This document shows positions 19,730-29,395 of a stretch of DNA of 64,000 nucleotides, piece after piece. Within the stretch, counting starts at the first letter, position 1, and each line of letters begins with the position of its first letter. A model generated the notes under the pieces. It had not been told where the DNA came from. It searched no databases and saw only the letters and a list, made by a program, of their open reading frames with translations. This DNA comes from an uncultured Gemmatimonadales bacterium (GTDB lineage Bacteria > Gemmatimonadota > Gemmatimonadetes > Gemmatimonadales > GWC2-71-9). A program made the position numbers and the translations under genes. The stretch covers positions 960,001-1,024,000 of the forward strand of contig CAVZZO010000001.1 in NCBI GenBank assembly GCA_963779755.1. The letters are read 5' to 3'.

Positions 19730-20872
19730 ATGAAAATGCTGGTGTTGGGCGCCGGGCTGCAGGGCTGCGCCTGCGCGTATGACCTCTGCGGCAATCCGGC
19801 AGTTACCGCCGTCACGCTCGCCGACCTCCATCCCGACAACCCGCCGCCCTTCCTCCAGCCGTTCCTGGGCGGCAAGCTGACCACGCTTACCCTCAACGTG
19901 AAGGACACGGCCGCCGTGGAAGCGGCCATGCAGGGGCACGATGCCGTCATGAGCGCCGTCCCCTACTACTTCAACGGCCCGCTCGCCCGGAGTGCCGTGA
20001 AGGTCGGCACCAACTTCGCCGACCTGGGCGGCAACACCGAGATCGTCTTCGAGCAGAAGAAGCTCGACCGCGACGCCCGGGCGAAGGGCGTGTCCATCAT
20101 GCCCGACTGCGGCCTGGCGCCCGGCATGGTCAACATCCTGGCCCAGGAAGGCATTCGCCGGCTGGACCAGGCCGAGCGGGTCAAGGTGTATGTCGGGGGG
20201 CTGCCGCAGCATCCCGAGCCGCCGCTCAACTATCAGGTGGTGTACTCCCTGGAGGGCGCGCTCGACTATTACACCACGCCGAGCTGGATTCTGCGCGACG
20301 GCAAACGGCGCCAGGTCGAAGCGCTGAGCGAGCTGGAAACGCTCGAGTTCCAGACTCCCGTCGGCCAGCTGGAGGCGTTTCACACCGGCGGCGGCATCAG
20401 CACCATGCCCTGGACGTTCGAAGGCAAGGTCGCCGTCATGGAGTACAAGACCCTCCGCTATCCCGGGCACGCCGACATCATGCGCGACATCCGGTCGCTG
20501 GGCCTGCTCGACCTCGAGCCGGTAGACGTGAAAGGGCAGAGCGTGGTGCCGCGCGATGCCTTCATCGCCGTGGTGCAGCCCAGGCTGAACAAGCCGGAAG
20601 GGCAGGATCTGGTGGCGCTGCGGGTGCTGGTAACGGGAAAGCAGGGCGGGAAGGAAACCACCATCGGCTTCGAGCTGCTGGACTACTACGACGCCGAGCA
20701 CCACATCAGCGCCATGATGCGCACCACCGGCTATTCCCTCGCCATCACCGGCGTGATGCAGGTGGACGGCCGCGTCACCGCCAGGGGCGTCCACACCCCG
20801 GACGAAGCGATGCCCTTCAAGCCCTATGTGGACGAATTGCGGAAGCGGGGAGTCGAGATCAGGGAAATCTAG
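19730..20872 (+). CDS. Saccharopine dehydrogenase / lysine 6-dehydrogenase family
   Basis: VLGAGLQG, DLGG, DCGLAPG, YKTLRYPGH, AMMRTTG. Confidence 0.9.
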   Translation: MKMLVLGAGLQGCACAYDLCGNPAVTAVTLADLHPDNPPPFLQPFLGGKLTTLTLNVKDTAAVEAAMQGHDAVMSAVPYYFNGPLARSAVKVGTNFADLGGNTEIVFEQKKLDRDARAKGVSIMPDCGLAPGMVNILAQEGIRRLDQAERVKVYVGGLPQHPEPPLNYQVVYSLEGALDYYTTPSWILRDGKRRQVEALSELETLEFQTPVGQLEAFHTGGGISTMPWTFEGKVAVMEYKTLRYPGHADIMRDIRSLGLLDLEPVDVKGQSVVPRDAFIAVVQPRLNKPEGQDLVALRVLVTGKQGGKETTIGFELLDYYDAEHHISAMMRTTGYSLAITGVMQVDGRVTARGVHTPDEAMPFKPYVDELRKRGVEIREI

Positions 20873-20886
20873 GAACGTGGCAGGCG

Positions 20887-21057
20887 GGTCAAAGGTCAAA
20901 GGTCAAAGGTCAAATTCCGGATGTTTCCCTGAGGCAGGTGTACCTTCTCGCCTTCGACCTTCGACCTTCGACCTTCGACCTTCGACCTTCGACCTTCGAC
21001 CTTCGACCTTCGACCTTCGACCTTCGACCTTCGACCTTCGACCTTCGACCTTCGACC
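20887..21057. repeat. Inverted 7-mer microsatellite (GGTCAAA)4 ... (CCTTCGA)15
   Basis: Four perfect copies at 20887-20914 and 15 perfect copies at 20951-21055, between convergent genes. Confidence 0.97.
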
Positions 21058-21073
21058 ATTCACCGGTTGTCGC

Positions 21074-22207
21074 CTAGAAAAACCACCCGCTCCCCATCGA
21101 GAAGTTGAACCCGTCGGGGCCGCCCGCAAAGTTGAAGGTAAATATGGTGCTCCGCAGCAGCCGGACGGCAATCCCGCCGCCGGCCCCGACTTTCAGGTGG
21201 TCGGTGGTGAGCCGGAAATCCTCGTTCTCGAATACCCGGCCGGCGTCCACGAAGGCGATGGCGGTGATGGCTCCCAGCGTCTGCAGGTCGATGATATTGT
21301 GGCGCACCTCCAGATTGCCGAACAGCAACCCGGTGCCCGCCAGCCTTCCTTCTACCAGCCCGCGGTTGGTATAGCGCTCGCCATAGACCGTCAGGGTCTG
21401 CTCCCACATCGGCAGCTCGAAACGGGCGTTGAGGGGCGGCGCGCCGCCCAGGTTCGATCCCGCCACCCGCGCCGCAATGGTGGTGCCTTCCCCGAGGGGC
21501 AGGTACCCCCGTGCTGCGCCGTAGACCCGGGTGTACCCGTTGCCGCCGCTGCCTACCTCGTACCCGGCTTCCAGCCAGAGGCCTTTGTGGGTGTTGTATT
21601 CGTTGTCCCGGGTGTCCAGCACCGCCGCCAGCCGTCCTGCCACGTCCGTCTGGGAGACCTCGTGCCCCTCGGTCGCCCGGAACACCGAGGGGCCCGGCAG
21701 ATCGGTGAAGTGGACGTGCTCGACGTGGCTTCCCAAAGCCAGGTAGAAATGCGGAGCCACCAGCCGGCTCACCTCGGCGAGGCCTTCGTAGGTGGTGCGG
21801 TGTACCCGGTAGAGATAGGGCTGGTCGGGCGTCACCAGGTTTTCGTCGAAAGCGGTGTTGTTGCCCAGGCCGTAGTAGCCCATGCGCGCTTCGCGCCTGG
21901 CGCCGCCGGAGAACACCAGCCGCCACTTGTCCCACAGCCCCGGGGCCCGGAATTCGGCCGAAAGAAACCGGCTGCCCCGGAAGCTGATGCCTCCGTCCAG
22001 CACCACGGTGCCGGCATAGGGCAGGGGAGAGAAGTAGTCCGGCGCCCGTTTGGTCCAGAGCCAGCGGGCGGCAATGGCCGGAAAATCGTTGCTGAGCGAG
22101 GTGATATAGGGGTAGCGGCTGTCCCGCCACTCCTGGGCGTGAAGGCGGCCGGGAAGCCACCCCAGCGCGATCAGCGATATGACCAGCAGACGGCGGCAAC
22201 GATTCAC
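21074..22207 (-). CDS. BamA/TamA (Omp85) family beta-barrel outer membrane protein without POTRA domains
   Basis: Signal peptide, LDTRDN, FVDAGRV, amphipathic strands, C-terminal aromatic GWFF. Confidence 0.75.
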   Translation of the reverse strand: MNRCRRLLVISLIALGWLPGRLHAQEWRDSRYPYITSLSNDFPAIAARWLWTKRAPDYFSPLPYAGTVVLDGGISFRGSRFLSAEFRAPGLWDKWRLVFSGGARREARMGYYGLGNNTAFDENLVTPDQPYLYRVHRTTYEGLAEVSRLVAPHFYLALGSHVEHVHFTDLPGPSVFRATEGHEVSQTDVAGRLAAVLDTRDNEYNTHKGLWLEAGYEVGSGGNGYTRVYGAARGYLPLGEGTTIAARVAGSNLGGAPPLNARFELPMWEQTLTVYGERYTNRGLVEGRLAGTGLLFGNLEVRHNIIDLQTLGAITAIAFVDAGRVFENEDFRLTTDHLKVGAGGGIAVRLLRSTIFTFNFAGGPDGFNFSMGSGWFF

Positions 22208-23250
22208 GATGGCATCTCGTAGAGATAGGCGGTGTCCCGCTTGGCAGCCTCGCGTCCGTCATGGACGGCGTAGGCGCTGGGATAGAGCGAGGCGGCGCCG
22301 TACTCTCCCTGCTTGTTCACCGCATAGAAGTTGAGCCCGAATTGCGGGCGGCCCCGGGCGTCCAGCAGCCGCGGGGGCGAGAGCTGCACCGCCCGCTTCA
22401 GCGTGGCCAGGCAGGCATCGGTGGGCTTCATGCCCTGCCGCATGAACTCGACCGTCAGAAACGCGCCGCAAACCATGATGTTCGACTCGCCGCGGCCGGT
22501 GGAACCGGCGGCCCCGATGTCGTTGTCGGTATACTGGCCCGCGCCGATGATGGGAGAATCGCCCACCCGCCCCGGAATCTTGAACGCCAGGCCCGCCGTC
22601 GTGGTCACCGAGGAGATGTCGCCCGCCGGATTGACCACATTCATGTTGATGGTCCCGGTCGGCCGGTGCACCATCGGCTCTTCGCCGGGGACGTCCAGCC
22701 AGTCGTCGTCCTTGTTCAGGTTGGCCCGCCACAGCAGCCATCGTTGGCGCGACTCGGGGGTGAGCAGGTCCTCGTCCTTGAAGCCGTAGCTCAGCGCGAA
22801 TTTCTTGGCGCCCTCGCCTACCAGCATGATGTGGTTGGTGTATTTGAGCACCAGCCGGGCCACCTCGCTGGCGGTCTTGATGCCTTCCAGCGCGCCGACC
22901 GCGCCGGCCCGCCGGGACGGCCCGTGCATGCAGGAGGCATCCAGCTGGACCACCCCATCGGCGTTGGGCAGCCCGCCGTAGCCGACCGACTGATCGGTGG
23001 GATCGAGCTCCTGGATCTTGACGCCTTCGATGGCGGCGTCCAGAGTGTCGCCGCCCCGGGCGACGAGCTCGGCCGCGCGGGCCACGCCCCGCAGCCCGTT
23101 GGCCGAAGCGACGGCGACCGGCCGGCTGGGCGGCCGGCGGTGAACGGCGGGGAAGGCGATGGGCGAGGGCAGGGCTGCCGGCAGGGTGCCGGCGGCCAGG
23201 GCGGCGCCGGTCGCCCCGAGAAATCGCCGGCGGGAAAGCGGGTGGGGCAC
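22204..23250 (-). CDS. Glycosylasparaginase / isoaspartyl peptidase (Ntn hydrolase), Tat-exported
   Basis: SRRRFLG Tat motif, SVGYGGLP, LDASCM, GT nucleophile, GRVGDSPIIGAG. SD AGGAG before GTG 23250. Confidence 0.9.
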   Translation of the reverse strand: MPHPLSRRRFLGATGAALAAGTLPAALPSPIAFPAVHRRPPSRPVAVASANGLRGVARAAELVARGGDTLDAAIEGVKIQELDPTDQSVGYGGLPNADGVVQLDASCMHGPSRRAGAVGALEGIKTASEVARLVLKYTNHIMLVGEGAKKFALSYGFKDEDLLTPESRQRWLLWRANLNKDDDWLDVPGEEPMVHRPTGTINMNVVNPAGDISSVTTTAGLAFKIPGRVGDSPIIGAGQYTDNDIGAAGSTGRGESNIMVCGAFLTVEFMRQGMKPTDACLATLKRAVQLSPPRLLDARGRPQFGLNFYAVNKQGEYGAASLYPSAYAVHDGREAAKRDTAYLYEMPS

Positions 23251-23312
23251 GGAATGCTCCTGCGACCGGGGAAGGATGATGATCCGCATGCGCCGGCCTG
23301 CGGCCGGAATCC

Positions 23313-23335
23313 GCTAATGGCTAATGGCTTCTGGC
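23313..23335. repeat. Short 7-mer array (GCTAATG)
   Basis: GCTAATG GCTAATG GCTTCTG GC, in a divergent intergenic region. Confidence 0.55.
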
Positions 23336-23412
23336 GGTCTGTCAACTTGTCTTGCCGCGCGGCGCCCCGTATTGTTCCCGGAGCCGTTCTTTCCTTTGTC
23401 ATCGATCCCGCC

Positions 23413-24042
23413 ATGCGCCGATTGCTGGACCCGTCGGATCCGTTCAGCTACCTCCGCGTCACGGTTGCCGGACTGCTGCTGGCGGGGACGGTGCTCGCGA
23501 TTATCCTCGCCGCCGCCGGTATCGCGCCACGCGCCCTGGTGCTGGCCGGCGTCTTCTGGGCGCTCTACGGCCTGGTGCTGGGAATGATCGACGGCGTGCT
23601 CGCGCCCGCCATCGATCTGTTCGCCCGCATGGCGCAGAATGTGGGGCTGGGACGGGGAGAAGGCTACTCGGACGTCGAAGCCCTGGTCGCGCGCGGCCGG
23701 CTGGCCGACGCGGCGGAAGCCTATGCCGCCCGCGCCGCACACGGCGCGGTGGAACCGCTGCTGCGCCGTGCCGCGTTGCTGGCCGGCGCCATGGGCAGCC
23801 CGGGGCTGGCAGCGGCGGAGCTGGAAACGCGCCGCCGCACGGGTCATCCCCTGCCGCCGTCCGATGATCTCCGCCTGGGCCTCGCCCTGGCGGATCTCTA
23901 CGAACACCGGCTGGACCAGCCCGGCAAGGCCATGGCCGAGTTGCGGCGCCTGCTCGACCGCTATCCCTCCTCGCGGCGGGTGCGGCAGATCCGCGCGACC
24001 CTCGCCGCGCTCAAGCAGGAAAGCCTCGGAGCCGGCCGATGA
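23413..24042 (+). CDS. Membrane protein with C-terminal TPR-like helices
   Basis: Two N-terminal TM segments, then helical repeats ending LLDRYPSS. Confidence 0.6.
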   Translation: MRRLLDPSDPFSYLRVTVAGLLLAGTVLAIILAAAGIAPRALVLAGVFWALYGLVLGMIDGVLAPAIDLFARMAQNVGLGRGEGYSDVEALVARGRLADAAEAYAARAAHGAVEPLLRRAALLAGAMGSPGLAAAELETRRRTGHPLPPSDDLRLGLALADLYEHRLDQPGKAMAELRRLLDRYPSSRRVRQIRATLAALKQESLGAGR

Positions 24043-24082
24043 GTCGGCGCGCTCCGGTCGTCACCTCCTGACCAGGACCCGC

Positions 24083-25141
24083 ATGCCCCGTCGCCCACGG
24101 CTCGATCCTGCCATCTTCCACCTGCCGGTGGACCGGATGCGGGAAGGTTATTACTCCGACAAGTATTTTGTCCGCGCCCGCGAGATTCTCATCGCCGACG
24201 GGGCCCGCCCCCGGCTCACCATGCAGGTCTTCGGCAAGACCCACGCCTTCCTCGGCGGCATGGATGAAGCCATCGCCATCCTCAAGCTCTGTTCCATGGA
24301 GTGGCCCGAGCTGATAGTTCACGCTCTCTACGACGGCGATGAAGTCGAGCCCTGGGAGACGGTCATGCTGATCGAGGGGCCCTATGACGCCTTCGCGCAC
24401 CTGGAAACGCTGTACCTGGGCGTGCTGGCCCGGCGCACCCGCGTCGGGACCAACACCCGGCGCGTGGTGGAAGCCGCGGCGCCCAAGGAGATCATGTTCT
24501 TCCCCGCCCGGCACGACCACTGGCTGGTCCAGACGGGAGACGGCTACGCCGCCCATATCGCCGGCGCCATCGGCGTGTCCACCGATGCCCAGGCCAGCTG
24601 GTGGGGCAGCGAAGGGATCGGCACCGTCCCCCACAGCCTGATCGGCGCCTATGGCGGCGACACGGTGACCGCCTCGCGGAAGTTTGCCGACTACATCTCG
24701 CCCGACGTCCGCCTGCTGACCCTGGTAGACTGGGAAAACGACTGCGTGCGGACCGCCCTGGAGTGCGCCCACGGCCTGGGCGACCGGCTCTATGGCGTCC
24801 GGCTCGATACCAGCGAAATGCTGGTGGACCGCTCCGTCCTGCCGGAAATGGGCAACTTCCGCCCCACCGGTGTCTGCCCGCAGCTGGTGGAGAATGTTCG
24901 CGTGGCGCTGGACAGCGCGGGCTTTACCGGTGTAAAAATCGTGGTGTCGGGCGGCTTCACCGTGGAGAAGATCCGCGAATTCGAGCGGCTGGCCGTGCCG
25001 GTGGATGCCTACGGTGTGGGCAGCTCGCTCTTCGGCGGCCGCTTCGATTTTACCGCCGACGTGGTCCTGCGGGAGGGCCAGCCCTGCTCCAAGGTGGGCC
25101 GGCAATACCGGCCCAATCCGCGGCTGGAACTGGTGACGTGA
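24083..25141 (+). CDS. pncB: Nicotinate phosphoribosyltransferase (type II PRTase)
   Basis: YSDKYF, GTVPHS, GVRLDTS, IVVSGGF, YGVGS. Adjacent to the nicotinamidase gene. Confidence 0.8.
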   Translation: MPRRPRLDPAIFHLPVDRMREGYYSDKYFVRAREILIADGARPRLTMQVFGKTHAFLGGMDEAIAILKLCSMEWPELIVHALYDGDEVEPWETVMLIEGPYDAFAHLETLYLGVLARRTRVGTNTRRVVEAAAPKEIMFFPARHDHWLVQTGDGYAAHIAGAIGVSTDAQASWWGSEGIGTVPHSLIGAYGGDTVTASRKFADYISPDVRLLTLVDWENDCVRTALECAHGLGDRLYGVRLDTSEMLVDRSVLPEMGNFRPTGVCPQLVENVRVALDSAGFTGVKIVVSGGFTVEKIREFERLAVPVDAYGVGSSLFGGRFDFTADVVLREGQPCSKVGRQYRPNPRLELVT

Positions 25142-25147
25142 ACAGCG

Positions 25148-25243
25148 GGGAATGGGGAAACGGGAATCGGGAACAAACATGCGGTAAGAAGGGCTACCAA
25201 TAGCGGCCAGCGACTAACGACCAGCGACCACTTGCCAGCAGCC
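25148..25243. repeat. Two unrelated 7-mer arrays between pncB and pncA
   Basis: (GGGAANN)4 at 25148-25174 and (CAGCGAC)-like x5-6 at 25201-25243. Confidence 0.8.
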
Positions 25244-25248
25244 ATCTG

Positions 25249-25908
25249 ATGATTTCAAGCCTCCTCTTCTGGGACGTCGACACCCAGGCCGATTTCATGC
25301 TGCCCGACGGCAGGCTCTACGTGCCGGGAAGCGTGGACATCATCCCGGCCCTGGAACGGCTCACCCGGTTCGCGCACCAGCGCGGCATCCGCATCATCGC
25401 TAGCGCCGACGACCATGAGCCGGGCCATCAGGAACTGAGCGACCATCCCGATTTCAAGGACACCTATCCGCCGCACTGCATGCGGGGCACCCCGGGGCAG
25501 CAGAAGATCCCCGCCACGGCGCTGCGCAACCCGCTGGTGATCGAGCCCCATCCGCAGGACCCGAAGGCGGTCGCGGAGCGTGCGGTCGGACACGATGGCG
25601 ACATACTCTTCCACAAGCACTGGTTCGATGTGTTCACCAATCCCAACGTGGTACCGGTGGTTCGTGCCCACGACCCCCCGGCCATCGTGCTCTACGGAGT
25701 CGCGCTGGACGTCTGCGACCGTTATGCCATCGAGGGGCTGGTCCGTTACCGGCCGCACACCCGGCTCTATTTCGTGACCGACGCCGCCCGCGCCATCTAT
25801 GCCGAGCAGGCCGAGCACCTGCTCAAGGCCTGGGGCGAGGAGGGCGTCCGCCTGGTGACGACCGGCGAAATCGTGGACGAAGGTATCCTGGACGAGTATC
25901 TCCCATGA
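25249..25908 (+). CDS. pncA: Nicotinamidase (isochorismatase family cysteine hydrolase)
   Basis: DVDTQADF, D.H, PPHC..GT.G, K, GVALDVC catalytic Cys. Confidence 0.85.
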   Translation: MISSLLFWDVDTQADFMLPDGRLYVPGSVDIIPALERLTRFAHQRGIRIIASADDHEPGHQELSDHPDFKDTYPPHCMRGTPGQQKIPATALRNPLVIEPHPQDPKAVAERAVGHDGDILFHKHWFDVFTNPNVVPVVRAHDPPAIVLYGVALDVCDRYAIEGLVRYRPHTRLYFVTDAARAIYAEQAEHLLKAWGEEGVRLVTTGEIVDEGILDEYLP

Positions 25909-27008
25909 CCGATCTGCCCTTTGGCCGCATCTTTCTTCCCGGGCCCGCCGATATCCACCCCGACGTCATCGCCGCGCTCGACGCCCCCAGGATTTCCCAC
26001 CGCAGCCCCGAGATGGAACAGGTCATCGCCACCATGCAGCCGCGGCTGCAGCGGCTCTTCCGCACCGGCAGACCGGTCCTGATCGGAACCTGCTCGTCCA
26101 CCGGCTTCATGGAGGCCGCCATTCGCGGAGGCGTACGCCAGCGGGTGCTGGTGGTGGATGGCGGGTATTTCGGCGACCGGTTCATGAAAATCGCCGAGGC
26201 CTGCGGCAAGGAGGCTATCCGGGTCAAGGTGCATCCGGGGCGGACCATCGAACCCGATCAACTGGCCCAGTTTCTCGATGGGCCGGAGGTCGACGCGGTC
26301 GCCCTGGTGCACTCCGAAACCTCCACCGGCGCGCTGGCCCCCCTGGAAGAGCTGGCCCGCGTGGTCCGCACCCGGCCGGATGTGCTGCTGCTGGTGGACG
26401 CGGTCACCTCACTCGGCGCCTCACCGGTCGAAACCGATGCCTGGGGCATCGATTTCGTCTTCACCGGCAGCCAGAAAGCGCTGGCGGTGCCGCCGGGGCT
26501 GGCGCTCGGGGTGGCGTCGAAGCCATTGGTCGAGCGGGCTCGTACGCTGGGCGACCGCGGCTGGTATTTCGATCCCCTGCTCTTCGAAGATGCTGCGGTG
26601 CACGGCCGGCCGACCCAGACTCCCGCCATGCCGCAGTACTTTGCGCTGGCGCGGCAGTTGGAACGGATCGATGCCGAAGGCGGCGTCGAGGCCCGCTGGC
26701 ATCGCCACTACGACATGCTGCTGGCGGTTGAGCGCTGGGTCGCGGAACATCCGGGATTCTCATTCTTTGCGCCAGAAGGCCGGCGATCCTGGGCCGTTTC
26801 CGCCCTGCGGGTGCCCGAAGGCGTCAAGGCCACCGAGCTGGTGCGCCGCCTCAAACGCCGCGGCTGGCTGATCGGGGCGGGCCTTCCCGACCTGACGGAG
26901 GTCATCATCCGGATCGGACACATGGGTGATGTAGGGGAGGCCCACCTCACGGCCCTGCTGGAACAACTGGAAGCGGTTGTGGCCGAAGGGGCTGGCACGC
27001 CGGTGTGA
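25905..27008 (+). CDS. Class V aminotransferase (alanine-glyoxylate / serine-pyruvate type)
   Basis: PGP, HSETSTG, VDAVTS, GSQKALAVPPG, RIGHMG. Confidence 0.92.
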   Translation: MTDLPFGRIFLPGPADIHPDVIAALDAPRISHRSPEMEQVIATMQPRLQRLFRTGRPVLIGTCSSTGFMEAAIRGGVRQRVLVVDGGYFGDRFMKIAEACGKEAIRVKVHPGRTIEPDQLAQFLDGPEVDAVALVHSETSTGALAPLEELARVVRTRPDVLLLVDAVTSLGASPVETDAWGIDFVFTGSQKALAVPPGLALGVASKPLVERARTLGDRGWYFDPLLFEDAAVHGRPTQTPAMPQYFALARQLERIDAEGGVEARWHRHYDMLLAVERWVAEHPGFSFFAPEGRRSWAVSALRVPEGVKATELVRRLKRRGWLIGAGLPDLTEVIIRIGHMGDVGEAHLTALLEQLEAVVAEGAGTPV

Positions 27009-27189
27009 GCCATCCCACAGACGGCGAGTCCGGACGGCAGCATTGTTGGCCCGGAAGGTCGGCGGGATGTCAGCGGCAGACAATGCCGGTCTACACACAC
27101 CCGGGTCGACGCAGCCCGGTTGTACTCTGACATGGCGTCGGCCTTCTCCTCCACAGTCCTGCCACAACGATCCTCGCAGTCTCCCACCG

Positions 27190-27223
27190 CGAATCGGGCC
27201 CATGCGTAGGCCCGATTCGTTTT
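27190..27223 (+). terminator. Rho-independent terminator
   Basis: Perfect 11-bp stem CGAATCGGGCC/GGCCCGATTCG, 8-nt loop, followed by TTTT. Confidence 0.75.
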
Positions 27224-27559
27224 AGGGGGGATGGGCAGAGTGGGCTTGCCGGGCTCCCGTTCCTTCCCTCATCCGCCGACTGCGCCCAGTCCATCTACGA
27301 CATGGCCGGTCACCTGTCTGAGCCGTGTGACCCAGTTCACCGCATGGCACTTCAGGCGGGGTAGATTGGGGCCGCGAGAGGGCGCTGGGCGCGGGTTCTA
27401 GGAGAGAGAGAGCCTGAGGACGGCCGGCAGCACAGACCGAATGAGAGCACCCGCGTCGTCTCTGGCTATAGATAAGGGCGGCCGTTGACTGGTTGTCCGC
27501 GTATGGAAAGGGCGCCCCCCGCCCCTGACATGCCGGGCTGCCGGGTCCAGCGGTCGCCT

Positions 27560-29266
27560 TTAGCCGTTTATGCTGGGGGCCAGCGACAGGTCGCCCGCGG
27601 GTTCCGGCCGCTCCACCTCCGGGACTTCGGGCGCGCGCTCGAGCTGGAAGCGGGACACGGCGCCGGTCAGGCGGTCTGACGCCTGGGAGAGCTGGGAGGC
27701 CGAATGCGCGATCTCGATCGTGGAGGCGCTCAGCTCCTGGGCCGAGGCGGCAATCTGCTGGGCGGCGGCGGCGAACTCCTCGGTGCCTTCGGAGACATCG
27801 GTCATTCGTTGCACGATTCCCTGGACCAGTTCCCGGACTTCCCGGGAACTGCCCGAGATCTGACGGGTCCAGGAATCATTGGCTTCGGCCTCGCTGGCCA
27901 GCGTGTTGAGTCCCGATGCCGCGGTGTTGGCCGCATCCCGCGCCGTGACCCCGCCCTCGGCCAGCCGGAGCAGCCGTTCGCGGGCCGTTCGCACCCGGAT
28001 CTGGACCGCGTCTACCGTCTGGCTGGTGGTCGTGGCCGCCTGCGCCGCCTGGCCCGCCAGCTTCCGAACCTCCTCCGCCACCACCGCGAACCCGCGGCCT
28101 TCCGCCCCCGCCCGCGCGGCTTCGATGCCCGCGTTGAGGGCCAGCATATGGGTCTGCCGGGCGATGGTCTTGGTCTGCACGACGAACTTGCCGATCTCCT
28201 CCGAGGCCGCGGCCAGCGCCTCGGCTTCTTTCAGGCCCAGCTCGATCTCCTCGGCCAGGCGCTCCAGCTGGGTGGAGCTGGCATCGAGCTGCTCCTGGTG
28301 GCCCCGGGCGACCCGTGCCAGTGAGGCGTTCCGGTCGGCCGCTTCGCGCGCGCCCTCGGCCAGGCCCTGGGCGATGTTGAGGATGCGGGAGGCATCGACG
28401 GCGGTCGCGCGGACCAGGGCGGCCTGCTTGTTGGCCCGGTCGGTCAGGTCGCCGCAGGTGCCCGCCACCTCTTCCGTGGAGGCGCTCATCTGCTGCGTCG
28501 AGGCGGAGATCTGGAGGGCCAGCGTCGCGGCCTCGCCGGAGGCGCTGCGAATGGACTCCACCAGGTTGCGCAGCTCGTTGACCATGAACGTCACCCCGGT
28601 GCCCAGTTGGCCGACCTCGTCGCGGGATTGCGGCAGGTGGAGACTGGGCGCCGTGAGATCGCCCACGGCCACGCGGGAGACCACCCGGTCCATCCCCACC
28701 AGGGGTTCGACGACCCGGCGGCGGAAGTAAGCTACGATCGCCGCCAGCAGCAGCCCGCCGACGATGGCCACCAGCACCAGTTCCAGCCAGATGGTGTGCA
28801 GCAGGCCGCGCATGCTCCAGGTCGTCGAGGCCTGCTGGCGCAGTACCAGGGTCCAGCCGGCGCGCTGCAGCGGTACCGTTGCGATATGTTCCCGGCCATG
28901 CGCGTCCTGCACTTCGAGGACGCCGCCTCCGGTTGCACCGGTCAGGTTCGGAGCGGCCTCGCCCGCCGGGTGCTGCGGATCGGTGGAGGACACGATGATC
29001 CCCTGCTCGTTGACGATCTCCACGTCGACCCTGCTGTCGGTGGCGGCGAGAGTCCCCGGCGTCGGGACAATGCCGGCCGCGAGCAGCTGGTTGGCCAGAC
29101 CCGCCGCCTGCACTGCAAACTCGCGCAGTTCCAGATCGCGCCGTTCGCCCACGAAGCGGTTGGCTCCCCGGTAGGTGAGCAGAAAGGTGAACAGCAGAAA
29201 GAGCGCGCCGGCGGCGCCGCTGGCGATCCAGATGGTTCGGGCAAGATGGGAGTGGCGCGCTGCCAT
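27560..29266 (-). CDS. Methyl-accepting chemotaxis protein (TM-sensor-TM-HAMP-MCP)
   Basis: [45 protein letters not shown]. Start set at ATG 29266; the longer ORF is the antisense shadow of leuS. Confidence 0.93.
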   Translation of the reverse strand: MAARHSHLARTIWIASGAAGALFLLFTFLLTYRGANRFVGERRDLELREFAVQAAGLANQLLAAGIVPTPGTLAATDSRVDVEIVNEQGIIVSSTDPQHPAGEAAPNLTGATGGGVLEVQDAHGREHIATVPLQRAGWTLVLRQQASTTWSMRGLLHTIWLELVLVAIVGGLLLAAIVAYFRRRVVEPLVGMDRVVSRVAVGDLTAPSLHLPQSRDEVGQLGTGVTFMVNELRNLVESIRSASGEAATLALQISASTQQMSASTEEVAGTCGDLTDRANKQAALVRATAVDASRILNIAQGLAEGAREAADRNASLARVARGHQEQLDASSTQLERLAEEIELGLKEAEALAAASEEIGKFVVQTKTIARQTHMLALNAGIEAARAGAEGRGFAVVAEEVRKLAGQAAQAATTTSQTVDAVQIRVRTARERLLRLAEGGVTARDAANTAASGLNTLASEAEANDSWTRQISGSSREVRELVQGIVQRMTDVSEGTEEFAAAAQQIAASAQELSASTIEIAHSASQLSQASDRLTGAVSRFQLERAPEVPEVERPEPAGDLSLAPSING

Positions 29267-29395
29267 GGGGCTCCGGGGAGCTGATGTGCGAGGGGGGATC
29301 CTGGCGTGGAAGTTAGGGTTTGGCGCGAGGGTGGGCAAGCAGATACCCGGGGTCCGGCTTTCGGTCCTCCAGCCACCCTGTCTAGATTGCCGCGC

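Noticed and set aside
20951..21057. Possible CRISPR array, or repeat-encoded peptides (RPSTFDL)n / (RRSKVEG)n
   Set aside because: Pure 7-nt tandem repeat with no spacers or cas genes. The ORFs lack initiation signals and simply read through the repeat.
27035..27090. CCGGAAGG within a GCATTGT/ACAATGC stem, resembling SRP RNA helix 8
   Set aside because: The flanking CAGG and AGCAG conserved motifs are absent.
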